Source: Acidobacteriota bacterium | GTDB lineage: Bacteria; Acidobacteriota; Thermoanaerobaculia; Gp7-AA8 | Length of the DNA stretch: 64,000 bases | Direction of reading: 5' to 3' | NCBI GenBank assembly: GCA_019244185.1 | Contig: JAFATB010000006.1 | Span: 96,001-160,000 of the forward strand | Shown here: positions 1 to 9,206 of the stretch, piece by piece | How positions within the stretch are numbered: the first letter of the stretch is position 1 | Layout of the letters: each line of letters starts with the position of its first letter | Program-made: the position numbers and the translations under genes | The notes under the pieces: generated by a model | What the model was told of the DNA's origin: nothing | Database searches by the model: none | Seen by the model: the letters and a program-made list of their open reading frames with translations, nothing else

Positions 1-1
1 C

Positions 2-2038
2 GACGTATGCGAACGCCGCCGCCGCATCGCCGCGGCGCAGCGCGAGCGCGACCGCTTCATCGAAGAGCTCCGCGCCGTCGCCGAAGATGCCGGGACGCAG
101 CTCCGCGTCGTGCACGCCGGACCGCTGCTGTTCGAGCGCGCGGATGCCGTCGTCGAAATCGACGCGCGCAGCGTCGAGCGCGCCGAGCGCCGACTGCGCG
201 CGGCCACGTGCGAGGAACAGCTGCGGGAGGACGATCGGACGTTCGGCGCGCTGCTGGAACGCGATCGCCGACGACAGCCGCGCGACGGCGCGGCGCGGAT
301 CGTCGCGCAACGCAAGCGTCCCTTCGACGGCATCGACGTCGGCGAGCAGTTTCGCGCGCGCGGCTCCGTCGACGATGCGCAATGCCGTCGTCCGCGCGCG
401 GAGCAAGGCGCGCGACGCGGCATTCGCATCGCTGAGATGCCCGGCGGCGGCAGCGTCGCGCAGGAACATCTCCGAGTCGAGTGAAGGATTGGGCGGCGCG
501 AGCTGCGCCTCGAGGCGGATGAGCGCGCGCGCCCACTCCCATCGACCGCCGCGGAGTTCCGTGCGCGAAAGCGCCGCGAGCACGACACGCGCGCGGCCGA
601 AATCGCCGAACGCGCAGCTCTCGCGCAGAGCGGCGAGTCCGTGCCGGCGCGCGAGCTCCGGCTGTGCGATGAGGTCGTAGTCCTCGCTGACCACCGCCTC
701 CGCCGCCGCCTCGAACCCGCGCTCGCCAAGCGCGCGATGTAGCGCGACCGATTCCTGTGCGTGCGCGAGCGAGTCCGACCAGTGGCCGGCGACGGCATCG
801 CACAGCGCGAGCTCGTACAGGATCCGCGCGGTCAGCGCGCGATGTCCCGGCGCGCTGCGCTCCTCGGCGAGCATCGCTTCGAGCATAGCCGCCGCATCCG
901 CACCGCGGCTTTCGTCGAACAGCACGCTTGCGACGTAGAAGCGCGCATACCGCGCCATCGGGTTCTTCGCGCGCGCGAGCTGCTCCTCGGATGCGCGCAA
1001 CGCGCGCTCGGCGCCCGCGAGGTCGCCGTCGCGGTACGCGAGCCGTCCCGCGCGATACGCGAGCAAGCCGCCGATGACGCGCGTGTCGCGCGGCGCGCGG
1101 TCGAGCGCCGCGACCGTCTCGGCGAGCAGCGACTCGCCGCGCTCGCGCTGCAGCCACTCGCCCGCGACGCGCGCCTGCGCGAGCGATGCACGCGCCGCCG
1201 CCGCGTTGCCGCCCGCCATTGCCGCCGCCCACGACGTGAGCGACACCGCTTCGGCGAACTTGCGCGTGTGCTCGGGAAAGCGCTGCGCGAGCGCGCGCAG
1301 CGCGTCCGGCGGCAACCGATCGAACGTGCCCTTCACGCCGCTCCACGCCTCTTCATCGCTCGCGCGTTGCGCCGCGAGCCGCGCCCGCGCCTCGTTCGCC
1401 CACGACGACTGCGCGTCGACGTCGAGATACGTCCGCCACGCGTCGCGCGCGAGCGGCGTGAGCCCGAGCCGCTCGACCAGCACGGCGCGATTGAACAGCG
1501 CCTCCGCGCGACGCGGCTCCTGCATCAACGCGCGATCGAGCGCCGCCAGCGCCGCGATCGACTCGTCGTCGCGTCCGGTCGCGCCGCGAATCGCCGCGAC
1601 GTCGTTCCAGAACGCCGCGCCGTTCGTCGCGGGTGCATGCGCGTCCGCGAGCGCCGCCACCGCATGCGCAGGCGCATCGCCCGCGAGCATCGACGCGATC
1701 GCCTCCCCGCGCTTCGCCCCCGCACCGCCCGCCCGCGCCGCCAGCTCGTTCAGCGCCGATGCGCATTCGAGCCGCTCGACGTACGTCCGCGCCCGCGGCA
1801 GCATCCGCGCGAGCGCCGCCGCCGCGCGCTCGAGCAGCCGCGCATCATCGCGCGACGCCAGCCGCATCGGCACGATGCGCGGATCATCCGCCGCGAGCCG
1901 CGCCCGCTCGAGCGCGATCGCAAACCGCACGCGATCCGCCGGCAGCATCCAGGCGACGAGTGCGACACCTCCCACCACGAGCGCGACGCCAAGGCCGCGC
2001 CGCCAGTCCGGAAAGCGTGAGAAACGCGCGTGCGGAAT
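2..2038 (-). CDS. TPR-repeat protein, probable TPR-CHAT (caspase-like) protease; 3' end beyond left edge; start uncertain (ATT 2038 or GTG 1978)
   Basis: Missing from the ORF track because it has no stop in the window. My translation shows an N-terminal hydrophobic helix (GLGVALVVGGVALVAWML), TPR-like segments (FWNDVAA...AALDRAL...EALFNRAVLVERLGL...AWRTYLDVDAQSSWANEARARL) and ends ...ELFDEAVALALRRGDAAAAFAYV, the kind of segment that precedes a CHAT domain. The CHAT domain itself is not visible. Confidence 0.75.
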   Translation of the reverse strand, partial: MPHARFSRFPDWRRGLGVALVVGGVALVAWMLPADRVRFAIALERARLAADDPRIVPMRLASRDDARLLERAAAALARMLPRARTYVERLECASALNELAARAGGAGAKRGEAIASMLAGDAPAHAVAALADAHAPATNGAAFWNDVAAIRGATGRDDESIAALAALDRALMQEPRRAEALFNRAVLVERLGLTPLARDAWRTYLDVDAQSSWANEARARLAAQRASDEEAWSGVKGTFDRLPPDALRALAQRFPEHTRKFAEAVSLTSWAAAMAGGNAAAARASLAQARVAGEWLQRERGESLLAETVAALDRAPRDTRVIGGLLAYRAGRLAYRDGDLAGAERALRASEEQLARAKNPMARYARFYVASVLFDESRGADAAAMLEAMLAEERSAPGHRALTARILYELALCDAVAGHWSDSLAHAQESVALHRALGERGFEAAAEAVVSEDYDLIAQPELARRHGLAALRESCAFGDFGRARVVLAALSRTELRGGRWEWARALIRLEAQLAPPNPSLDSEMFLRDAAAAGHLSDANAASRALLRARTTALRIVDGAARAKLLADVDAVEGTLALRDDPRRAVARLSSAIAFQQRAERPIVLPQLFLARGRAQSALGALDAARVDFDDGIRALEQQRSGVHDAELRPGIFGDGAELFDEAVALALRRGDAAAAFAYV

Positions 2039-2066
2039 GCCGGAAAGCTTAACGCCGAACGGAAGC

Positions 2067-2093
2067 GGAGGACCGCGGGAACCGCGGCCCTCC
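2067..2093 (-). terminator. GC-rich stem-loop just after the caspase stop
   Basis: GGAGGGCCGCGG-TTC-CCGCGGTCCTCC (minus strand), 12-bp stem with one G-U pair; no clear U-tract. Confidence 0.5.
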
Positions 2094-2101
2094 TCGCGCG
2101 C

Positions 2102-3856
2102 TCATGGCCAGTTGCTGACGGAGCAGCCGTTGAGAGGCACCAGCTTGCCGGCCGGGATCGGCGGATCGACCGGGATCTGATCGCCGAGCTGGTAGTAGAG
2201 ATAGAACGTCCGCGCGGGATCGTCGCTGTTCGGAATGCCGAGGATGTCGATCTCGCGCTCGTTGCCGATCAGAACCGAGCCGCCCGGCTTGACGCTGATC
2301 CAGTCGTCGGGGCCGCCGCCGACGCGGATGCGCGCGGCCGGCTCCGTGAGAGGCAGATGCAGGACGACCCACTTGGGCGTGCGGCCGTCGAACGTGCCCG
2401 CCGTCGACGTCGAGATGAACTGCGTCTGCGCGTCCTCGAGCGGGCCGGCGGTGAGCGTGCCGCAGCGCAGATCGGCGAACGCCGCGATCCGCGCCGGATC
2501 GGGCACTTCTTCGAAGCAGTCGTCGCTCGGGTGATACGGCAGCTCTTCGCACACGCCGAACTTCATGCCCGGAACGCGCTCGGCGAACGACGACGTCACG
2601 GACAACGCGTCCGCCGACGAATCCGCGTTCTCGAAATCGATGCGCACGCCGTCGAGCTCCCACCGCAGGTACTGGAGCTGGCCGCCCTTGTTGTGCGGCG
2701 TCGAGATGGTCGGATCGATGCCGTAGCCGTCGATCTCGTCCTCCGCGACTTCGATGTACGCCTTGTGGCGCACCTCGGGATCCTTGCGGTCGTCGAACGG
2801 CAGCACGACGCGTTTCTGGTACGGGTCGGAGCGGCGGCGGCTGTCGAGGAAACAGCACATGCCGCGAAAGCGAATGTCGATCGAGTTCATGATTCCTTCT
2901 GCTCCTTTCGGCGTCACCGGCGTCTCCACCGGATCGTCGACTCTGCTGATGCTCGAGAACGGAGATGGCGCCGCCTGTCCCGGCTTCCCGGGGAATGGCT
3001 CCACGCCGCGCGCGACGTTGACGCGCAGCTCCGGCGACTGCCGCACGCCTTCCTTGAGCGGCTTGATGCCGGCGATGAGCTGGTTGAACGTGGCGTCGGC
3101 GTGTGCCTTGAGAAATTCGGTCGCGCGCTTGCTGAAGAGCAGCCGTGACTTTCCCGCGCCGAGCCGGAGCTCGAGCGCCGTTTCGCTGCGGCCGCACGCC
3201 GCGACGACGAGCGGGCGCTCGCGCTGCACCGGCGTGGCGGCGACGTTCAGCGTGCGCCCTCCACGCGCGGCGGATGCGGTCTCGGTTCCCGCGTCATCCG
3301 CATACGAACCGAACTCGCGCACGACGTCGCCGCTGCGCGGTAACTCCTTCGGGGGAATGAACAGCGGCTGCATGTCCGGGGCCTTGCCGTGCGCACGCCC
3401 GCGCTTCGCCGCCGCCGGTTGGAACGCCCCGCTGAAGCACGTGTCGATGATCAGCGTGAGATCGGTTCCGATCGGCGGCGCCGCAATCGCAAGCACGCGG
3501 GACAGATCGCTGTCGGTGATCGCGCTCGACGTCAGCTCGGCATCCTGCGCCTGCGGGAACACCATCAGCGCTTCCTCGAACTTGAAGCGTCCCTCATCGA
3601 CCGGCGCCGGCACGGTGCTGCCGTGGCCGAAGAAGCCGAACACGAGCTGATCGTTCGGCTGCGCGCCGGTGACGAGCTGCTGAAACGCCGCCAGCACTTT
3701 CGTGCGCGTCGCGTTCTGATCGGCGAGCGACGTCACGGTGAAGCCGTAATTCCGAAGAAGCGCCGCCCATTCTCCGAGCTCCGTCACCGGTGCGTCGAGT
3801 GACGGCGCAAATCCCCGGTAGTCCCCGACTGCAACGAGGACAGCTTTCTTTTTCAT
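2102..3856 (-). CDS. Caspase-family (peptidase C14, metacaspase) protein fused to an unknown C-terminal domain
   Basis: Starts MKKKAVLVAVGDY; catalytic His in FFGHGS and Cys in IIDTCFSG; later VAACGRSETALE; separate C-terminal domain MNSIDIRFRGMC...GCSVSNWP. Confidence 0.88.
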   Translation of the reverse strand: MKKKAVLVAVGDYRGFAPSLDAPVTELGEWAALLRNYGFTVTSLADQNATRTKVLAAFQQLVTGAQPNDQLVFGFFGHGSTVPAPVDEGRFKFEEALMVFPQAQDAELTSSAITDSDLSRVLAIAAPPIGTDLTLIIDTCFSGAFQPAAAKRGRAHGKAPDMQPLFIPPKELPRSGDVVREFGSYADDAGTETASAARGGRTLNVAATPVQRERPLVVAACGRSETALELRLGAGKSRLLFSKRATEFLKAHADATFNQLIAGIKPLKEGVRQSPELRVNVARGVEPFPGKPGQAAPSPFSSISRVDDPVETPVTPKGAEGIMNSIDIRFRGMCCFLDSRRRSDPYQKRVVLPFDDRKDPEVRHKAYIEVAEDEIDGYGIDPTISTPHNKGGQLQYLRWELDGVRIDFENADSSADALSVTSSFAERVPGMKFGVCEELPYHPSDDCFEEVPDPARIAAFADLRCGTLTAGPLEDAQTQFISTSTAGTFDGRTPKWVVLHLPLTEPAARIRVGGGPDDWISVKPGGSVLIGNEREIDILGIPNSDDPARTFYLYYQLGDQIPVDPPIPAGKLVPLNGCSVSNWP

Positions 3857-4003
3857 GACCCACCTCTCTTTGTTGGTTCGGGACGCGCGCGTGACCGTCA
3901 TCACATGAGAGGAACGCGGTGCGGGATTTCTCGCCGTGAAGCCCCCGAAAAACTCTCGAATCCCGCCACATTTGTGCCGCAGTCGGAGTCCAGATTGAGG
4001 TCC

Positions 4004-5581
4004 ATGAAACGAACGGCCCTCGGTCTGGTGATGCTCATCACGGTCTCGGTTGCGGCGCAGACGGTCGACGTCGCGCCGGCGACGAATGCGGCGCGCATCG
4101 TCCGCTCGCTCGCCGACACGTCCGACCTCCACAACGTCTACGCGCCGATCGGCTCGCGCCTCCTCTGGACGCGCAACGGCAAGCCGACCGCGCAGGCGCA
4201 GGCGCTGCTCTCGCTCTTCGTCACTGCGGAAACGAAAGGCCTGCGCTCGGCGGACTACGCCGTCGCCGCGCCGGCAGCCGGCGACGATGCGTCGCTCGCG
4301 CGCTTCGACGTCGCCATGACCGCCGCGACGCTCCGCTACGTCGCGCATCTCCACAGCGGCCGCATCGATCCGCACAGCGTCGGCTTCGACTTCGACGTCG
4401 CCGCGAAGCAGCTCTATCTCCCCGCCGTCGTGATGACGCTCGCCGAATCGAACGACGTCGCCTCCGCGATCGCCGCGCTCGAACCGCAGCAGCCCGAATA
4501 TCGTCGCCTCCTCACCGCGCTCGCGACGTATCGCCGCATCGCGAGCGAACCGGAGATCGTCGTGCCCGCGGTCGCGAAACTCTCGCCGTCCGATCACTAC
4601 GACGCGCTGCCGCAGCTCGCGGCGAAGCTCCGCCGCCTCGGCGATCTAACCGCTGACGCGAAGGTCGACGGCACGCTGTACGACGGCGCGATCGTCGACG
4701 CAATGAAGCACTTCCAGAAACGCCACGGACTCGAAGCCGACGGCGTCGTCAGCCGCCGCACGTTCGCCGCTTTGAACACGCCCGCCGCGGCGCGCGTGCA
4801 GCAGCTCGAATGGGCGCTCGAGCGCGCGCGCTGGATGCCGTCGACGTCCGACGCCGCCGTGCTCGTGAACATCCCCGAGTTCACGCTGCATGCGGTCGAC
4901 CGCAACGGCGAGCTCGCGATGCGCGTCGTCGTCGGGCAGGCCGCGGGCCACAAGACGCCGGTGTTCGACGGCGACATCCAGCACGTCGTCTTCCGCCCGT
5001 CGTGGAGCGTGCCCACGCGCATTCAGCGCAACGAGATCGTGCCGAAGGTCGTGCGCGACCGCGACTACCTCGCGCGCAATCGTTACGAAATTGTGGATGG
5101 CACCGGCCGCGCGATCGGCTCGTCGGTCGACGATGCCACGCTCGCCGCGCTGCGCACCGGCGCGTTCCGCGTGCGCCAGAAGTCCGGCGACGCGAACGCC
5201 CTCGGCCTCTTCAAGTTCGTCTTCCCGAACGACAACGACGTCTACCTGCATTCGACGCCGGCGCAGGCGCTCTTCGCCCGCACGCGCCGCGACTTCAGCC
5301 ACGGCTGCATCCGCGTCGAAGATCCGGTCGCACTCGCGGCGTGGGCGCTGCAGTGGTCGCCGGAGAAAGTGCGCGCCGCGCTCGCGTCGAAACGCGAAGA
5401 CCTCTACGTCCGCCTCGACAAAACGATCCCGGTGGTCATCCTCTACAACACCGCGGTCGCGACCGCCGACGGCGACGTGCACTTCTACGACGACATCTAC
5501 GGTCACGACGCCACGCTCGCCGCCGCGCTCGCGCCGGCGCACACGCAGCCCGCGACGATGCTCGCCGCCGCGCGGCGTTAA
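4004..5581 (+). CDS. L,D-transpeptidase, YcbB/LdtD-like (scaffold + PG-binding + YkuD)
   Basis: Signal peptide; PG-binding motif AMKHFQKRHGLEADGVV; VNIPEF; YLHSTP and SHGCIRV catalytic motifs; FYDDIYGHD. Confidence 0.92.
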   Translation: MKRTALGLVMLITVSVAAQTVDVAPATNAARIVRSLADTSDLHNVYAPIGSRLLWTRNGKPTAQAQALLSLFVTAETKGLRSADYAVAAPAAGDDASLARFDVAMTAATLRYVAHLHSGRIDPHSVGFDFDVAAKQLYLPAVVMTLAESNDVASAIAALEPQQPEYRRLLTALATYRRIASEPEIVVPAVAKLSPSDHYDALPQLAAKLRRLGDLTADAKVDGTLYDGAIVDAMKHFQKRHGLEADGVVSRRTFAALNTPAAARVQQLEWALERARWMPSTSDAAVLVNIPEFTLHAVDRNGELAMRVVVGQAAGHKTPVFDGDIQHVVFRPSWSVPTRIQRNEIVPKVVRDRDYLARNRYEIVDGTGRAIGSSVDDATLAALRTGAFRVRQKSGDANALGLFKFVFPNDNDVYLHSTPAQALFARTRRDFSHGCIRVEDPVALAAWALQWSPEKVRAALASKREDLYVRLDKTIPVVILYNTAVATADGDVHFYDDIYGHDATLAAALAPAHTQPATMLAAARR

Positions 5582-5608
5582 GAAAGAGAGCGAGTCTCGG
5601 TCGCGCGA

Positions 5609-6004
5609 TCAGCGGCACAGTGGCGGCCGGTACTCGGCAGGCACCGTGCCTCCCTTGCAGGACCACGTGAGGCCGCTGCCATCGATCGCCGGCGTCAATT
5701 CCAGCGTCTTACCCGTGAGATGCGAATCCGCCGTAAAGGTCACGACCACGACGCCGCCAGGCGCAATCGCGACGCTCGAAACGTACGGACCGGAGAGCGG
5801 AACCTCCGCGACGTGCGCCTCGGCGTTCGATGACGGCAATCGCCCCGTCTCCGCGTAAAAGGCGGAGACGAACGTCTTGACCGTGCCCGCCATACTGATA
5901 CCGCTTCCGACGGCAGCCATCGACTCGTAGGTCCCTCGCTTCGCGCACGTCCACGAAACGGCCAGGCCCAGACACAGCGCGACTGCGCGAACGCGTCTTC
6001 CCAT
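5609..6004 (-). CDS. Type IV pilin-like globular domain with an atypical N-terminus
   Basis: KTFVSAFYAETGRLPSSNAEA...YVSSV...GKTLELTP...WSCKGGTVPAEYRPPLCR with terminal disulfide pair; no G/FTLIE prepilin motif. Confidence 0.7.
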   Translation of the reverse strand: MGRRVRAVALCLGLAVSWTCAKRGTYESMAAVGSGISMAGTVKTFVSAFYAETGRLPSSNAEAHVAEVPLSGPYVSSVAIAPGGVVVVTFTADSHLTGKTLELTPAIDGSGLTWSCKGGTVPAEYRPPLCR

Positions 6005-6108
6005 CAACGATTGCGTCTTCAACGTGCTACCCGCGCAGCGTCAAGCCTCGCGTTGAAGTGTGGGCGTCGCTGCGACCGGTGTCAACGGCGAGCCGCAGCA
6101 CCATCGCC

Positions 6109-7155
6109 TCACACCATCGCCGCCGAGCCGATCTCCGGATGCGCGCCTGCGAACTCCACAAGCTTCGCCGCGTACGTCCGCAGCGGCGGCGCGGCGATGC
6201 CGGTGCCGGCAAGCGCGGCGAGCGTGTTCGTCGTGTCGTACGTCGTCGGATGAACGAAGTAGTCGACGGCGGCGGGCGGGATGCGCATCAGGCGATACAC
6301 GCCGGGCACGTAACGGAGCGCGCCTTTCGCGAGCGACTTCGTCAGCGGCACGCGAATCACGGTGCGGCCGGTCGCTTCCGCGATCGTGTCGATGGTCTCG
6401 TCGACGGTGAGCGGCCGCGGATCGGCGACCGCGTACGTGACGCCGGCGCCGTCGCGGCGCGCCATCAATGCGTCGAGCGCCGCGATCACGAAGTCGCGCG
6501 GCACGACGTTGAACGTGTAACACGACGGACGTCCGACCACCGGCAGCATCGCGAGCTTCGGCTGCCGCAGCAGCCACTGCATCACGAAGTACGGCCCGTC
6601 GAACTTCTGCGTGGCGCCGGTCGCGCTGTCGCCGACCACGACCGACGGCCGGTAGATCGTCGCCGGGATGCGCGACATCCGCTTCCGCACTTCCACTTCC
6701 GCGAGGTACTTCGTCTCCTCGTAATAGTTGTTGAAGCGCTGCCCTTTCTCGAGATCGTCCTCGCGAAACACGCCGGCGTAGCGCCCGCTGACGTAGCACG
6801 TGCTGATGTAGTGCAGGCGTTCGAGGCGCGGCGCGCGCTCGGCGAGATCGAGCACGCGCTGCGTGCCGACGACATTCACGCGCATCCCGATTTCACGCGG
6901 CACGCTGAGGTCGTAGACGGCGGCGAGGTGATAAATCTCACGAACGTCGCGCGCATCGATCGCATCGAGCGGCTGCGTGAGATCGCCTTCGACGAGTTGC
7001 ACGCGGCGCGCGTCGATCTGCCGCGCGCGTGTTTCCGCGAGCGGACGGAACTTCGGCTGCACGAGGCAGAGCGCGTCGTCGTCGCGGCGGCGCAGGATGC
7101 GCGGCAAGAGCTCCGTGCCGAGGAAGCCGGGAAAGCCGGTGAAGAAGATGGACAC
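6109..7155 (-). CDS. Extended SDR / thioester-reductase-like NAD(P)-binding oxidoreductase
   Basis: TGFPGFLG, HLAA, YISTCYVSG, YEETK (YxxxK), YRPSVVVGDS. Confidence 0.9.
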   Translation of the reverse strand: MSIFFTGFPGFLGTELLPRILRRRDDDALCLVQPKFRPLAETRARQIDARRVQLVEGDLTQPLDAIDARDVREIYHLAAVYDLSVPREIGMRVNVVGTQRVLDLAERAPRLERLHYISTCYVSGRYAGVFREDDLEKGQRFNNYYEETKYLAEVEVRKRMSRIPATIYRPSVVVGDSATGATQKFDGPYFVMQWLLRQPKLAMLPVVGRPSCYTFNVVPRDFVIAALDALMARRDGAGVTYAVADPRPLTVDETIDTIAEATGRTVIRVPLTKSLAKGALRYVPGVYRLMRIPPAAVDYFVHPTTYDTTNTLAALAGTGIAAPPLRTYAAKLVEFAGAHPEIGSAAMV

Positions 7156-7181
7156 CGCGCGGAGGATTGTACGCAGGTGAA

Positions 7182-7213
7182 ACGTGGAGGGCGCGCGGTG
7201 CGACCCTCCACGT
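7182..7213 (-). terminator. Stem-loop downstream of 7227..7574
   Basis: ACGTGGAGGG...CCCTCCACGT inverted repeat. Confidence 0.6.
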
Positions 7214-7226
7214 CGTTCGATGAGCG

Positions 7227-7574
7227 TTACTTCGTTGCGCGCTGCTGGGCCATCAACGCGTGAATCTGGTTGAGGACCTGGTCGGCGCGCGGGTCGCCGG
7301 CGTCCATCAGCGCGCGATATTCGGCGCGCTTCTGGTTGAGCGCGTCACGAATCGCGTACTGCTGCGCGGAGACGTCCCTGCGTCGCAGCGTCGCTCCGCG
7401 GTGCACGCCGCTCGTTGCCGAGGTCGCAACCGAGTGCGTGTTGCCGGGCGAAGAGATGAACGGCGGCGGCGGATCGTTCGTCGTCAGCGTGTACGCCGAG
7501 GACGACGCCGCAAGGCCGAACAGCAGGCCGGCGCCGAGGGCGAGAGTGCCGAGAGTTTTCCGTGTCGTCTTCAT
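7227..7574 (-). CDS. Small secreted hypothetical protein
   Basis: Signal peptide MKTTRKTLGTLALGAGLLFGLAASSSA; SD-like GAGAAGGG; host-like codon usage. Confidence 0.75.
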   Translation of the reverse strand: MKTTRKTLGTLALGAGLLFGLAASSSAYTLTTNDPPPPFISSPGNTHSVATSATSGVHRGATLRRRDVSAQQYAIRDALNQKRAEYRALMDAGDPRADQVLNQIHALMAQQRATK

Positions 7575-7682
7575 GCCCTTCTCTATCGCAACATCCAGGC
7601 CGCATTTGCTGCTGCAAAATCAATCATTTACGCGTACGGATGAGCCGCGAAACGGACAGCGTGTCGCGTCGAGGCGCCGTTC

Positions 7683-8516
7683 TCACGGCTGAGGCTGAGG
7701 TGGCGCCGGAAAGCCCATCTGCGACCACGCGTCGCCGGTGACGTTGTCGATCGACGACGCCCAGGTGATGAAGTTCGGCGACGGCGCGTCGCTGATGTTC
7801 TGCACGACGACTTGAAACGAGCCGGTCGCGGTTCCCGTGAGGCCGAACTGGCTCACCGACTGCGCGGCGACCTCGACCTCTGTCGTTTCTCCCGCGCCGG
7901 CCGGCGTGCTGCCGATGGTCGTCACGCGGAAGCGCTGCGTTGTGTCGGAGAGATTCGTGATGCCGGCGTTCATGCGGTACTGCTCGTTGCGGCGCACGCC
8001 GAAGATCCAGCGCAGCAGGCCGTTGGTCGTAACCGGCACGATCGCGGGGAACGTCTGCGACATCGTGCCGTTCGTCACCTGCGGCTCCGGCGTCCAGATG
8101 CGCGCGGTGGCGTGCAGCGCGGCGTTCGGATCGAGCTCGCCGTTCGCGTCGACGGCACGGACGTCGATCGCGCCGAGTCCCGACTGCTGCAGGATGTTCG
8201 TCACGAAATCCTCGGAGAAGAAGCCGCTCTGCGCCGGAACCGTGATCGTCACCGGCGCAATGCCGGCGCCGCTCGTGCCGAGCGGAAGCCATCGCAGTTC
8301 GACGCGCTGTTCCGCCGCGCGGAAGTTGATCACCGTGATGTCGCTGCGGAAGAACGTGCCGTTGCCGCCGGGCGTGCTGCCGGCGATCGGAATGACGATG
8401 CGGTTCGCGGACGTGCGCGGGATGATGAGGTCTTTGTCGGATGTCAACGGTGCGTGGGCTTGCGCGTGGAGCGAGGCGGCGAAGAGGAGAGCGAGAAGAG
8501 CGGTCGGGATGCGCAT
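7683..8516 (-). CDS. Secreted hypothetical protein (IPIAGSTPG-xNGTFFRSD type)
   Basis: Signal peptide MRIPTALLALLFAASLHA; motifs IPIAGSTPGGNGTFFRSD, YRMNAGITN, WASSIDNVTGD. Confidence 0.8.
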   Translation of the reverse strand: MRIPTALLALLFAASLHAQAHAPLTSDKDLIIPRTSANRIVIPIAGSTPGGNGTFFRSDITVINFRAAEQRVELRWLPLGTSGAGIAPVTITVPAQSGFFSEDFVTNILQQSGLGAIDVRAVDANGELDPNAALHATARIWTPEPQVTNGTMSQTFPAIVPVTTNGLLRWIFGVRRNEQYRMNAGITNLSDTTQRFRVTTIGSTPAGAGETTEVEVAAQSVSQFGLTGTATGSFQVVVQNISDAPSPNFITWASSIDNVTGDAWSQMGFPAPPQPQP

Positions 8517-8558
8517 GCGGAACACGTAGCAACGCGCGAGCCGCGCTACACTGCGCGC

Positions 8559-9206
8559 ATGCAGAAGGTTCGCGTCGGTGTTCTCGGCTCCGGCGACGTC
8601 GGGCGCGTGCTCGCCGCCGGTTTCATCGGTCTCGGCCACGAGGTGAAGATCGGCTCGCGCGATCCGCAGAAGCTGCAGACGTGGGCGGACGCGGCGGGGA
8701 AAGCGGCATCGACCGGCACGTTCGAAGAGACCGCGCGCTTCGGCGACATCCTCGTCCTGGCGACGCTCGGCACCGCGACCGAGGACGTGATCCGCTCCGC
8801 GGGAATCGCGAACTTCGACGGCAAGGTCGTCATCGACGCCACGAACCCGCTCGACTTCAGCGCGGGCATGCCGCCGCGTCTTTTCGTCGGACACGATGAC
8901 TCGCTCGGCGAGCACGTGCAGCGTCTCGTGCCCAACGCGCGCGTCGTGAAAGCGTTCAACACCGTCGGCAACGCGCACATGATCAACCCGCGCTTCGCGG
9001 GCGGACCGCCGGACATGTTTCTGTGCGGCAATGACGACGACGCGAAGAAGATCGTCAGCCAGATCTGCGAGCACTTCGGCTGGGGCGTCGTCGACATCGG
9101 CGGCATCGAAGGCTCGCGGCTTCTCGAGCCGATGTGCCTCCTGTGGGTTCTCTACGGCGCGCGCACGGGCACGTGGAACCACGCGTTCAAGCTGCTGCGC
9201 GGTTAG
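8559..9206 (+). CDS. F420-dependent NADP oxidoreductase family protein
   Basis: GSGDVG, GSRDP, VIDATNPL, VVKAFNT; TACACT -10 box 6 nt before ATG. Confidence 0.9.
   Translation: MQKVRVGVLGSGDVGRVLAAGFIGLGHEVKIGSRDPQKLQTWADAAGKAASTGTFEETARFGDILVLATLGTATEDVIRSAGIANFDGKVVIDATNPLDFSAGMPPRLFVGHDDSLGEHVQRLVPNARVVKAFNTVGNAHMINPRFAGGPPDMFLCGNDDDAKKIVSQICEHFGWGVVDIGGIEGSRLLEPMCLLWVLYGARTGTWNHAFKLLRG

Noticed and set aside
2067-2104. Selenocysteine/readthrough fusion of caspase and TPR genes (in-frame TGA followed by a hairpin)
   Set aside because: The intervening codons look non-coding, ...SNWP looks like a natural C-terminus, and a -10 box precedes the TPR gene. A terminator-like role is simpler, though not formally excluded.
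7-2180. Multiple + strand and off-frame ORFs at the left edge
   Set aside because: Shadow frames of the unlisted minus-strand TPR gene.
2102-4597. 831-aa extended caspase ORF
   Set aside because: The N-terminal extension overlaps the divergent L,D-transpeptidase; the caspase fold begins at MKKKAVLVAVG (3856).
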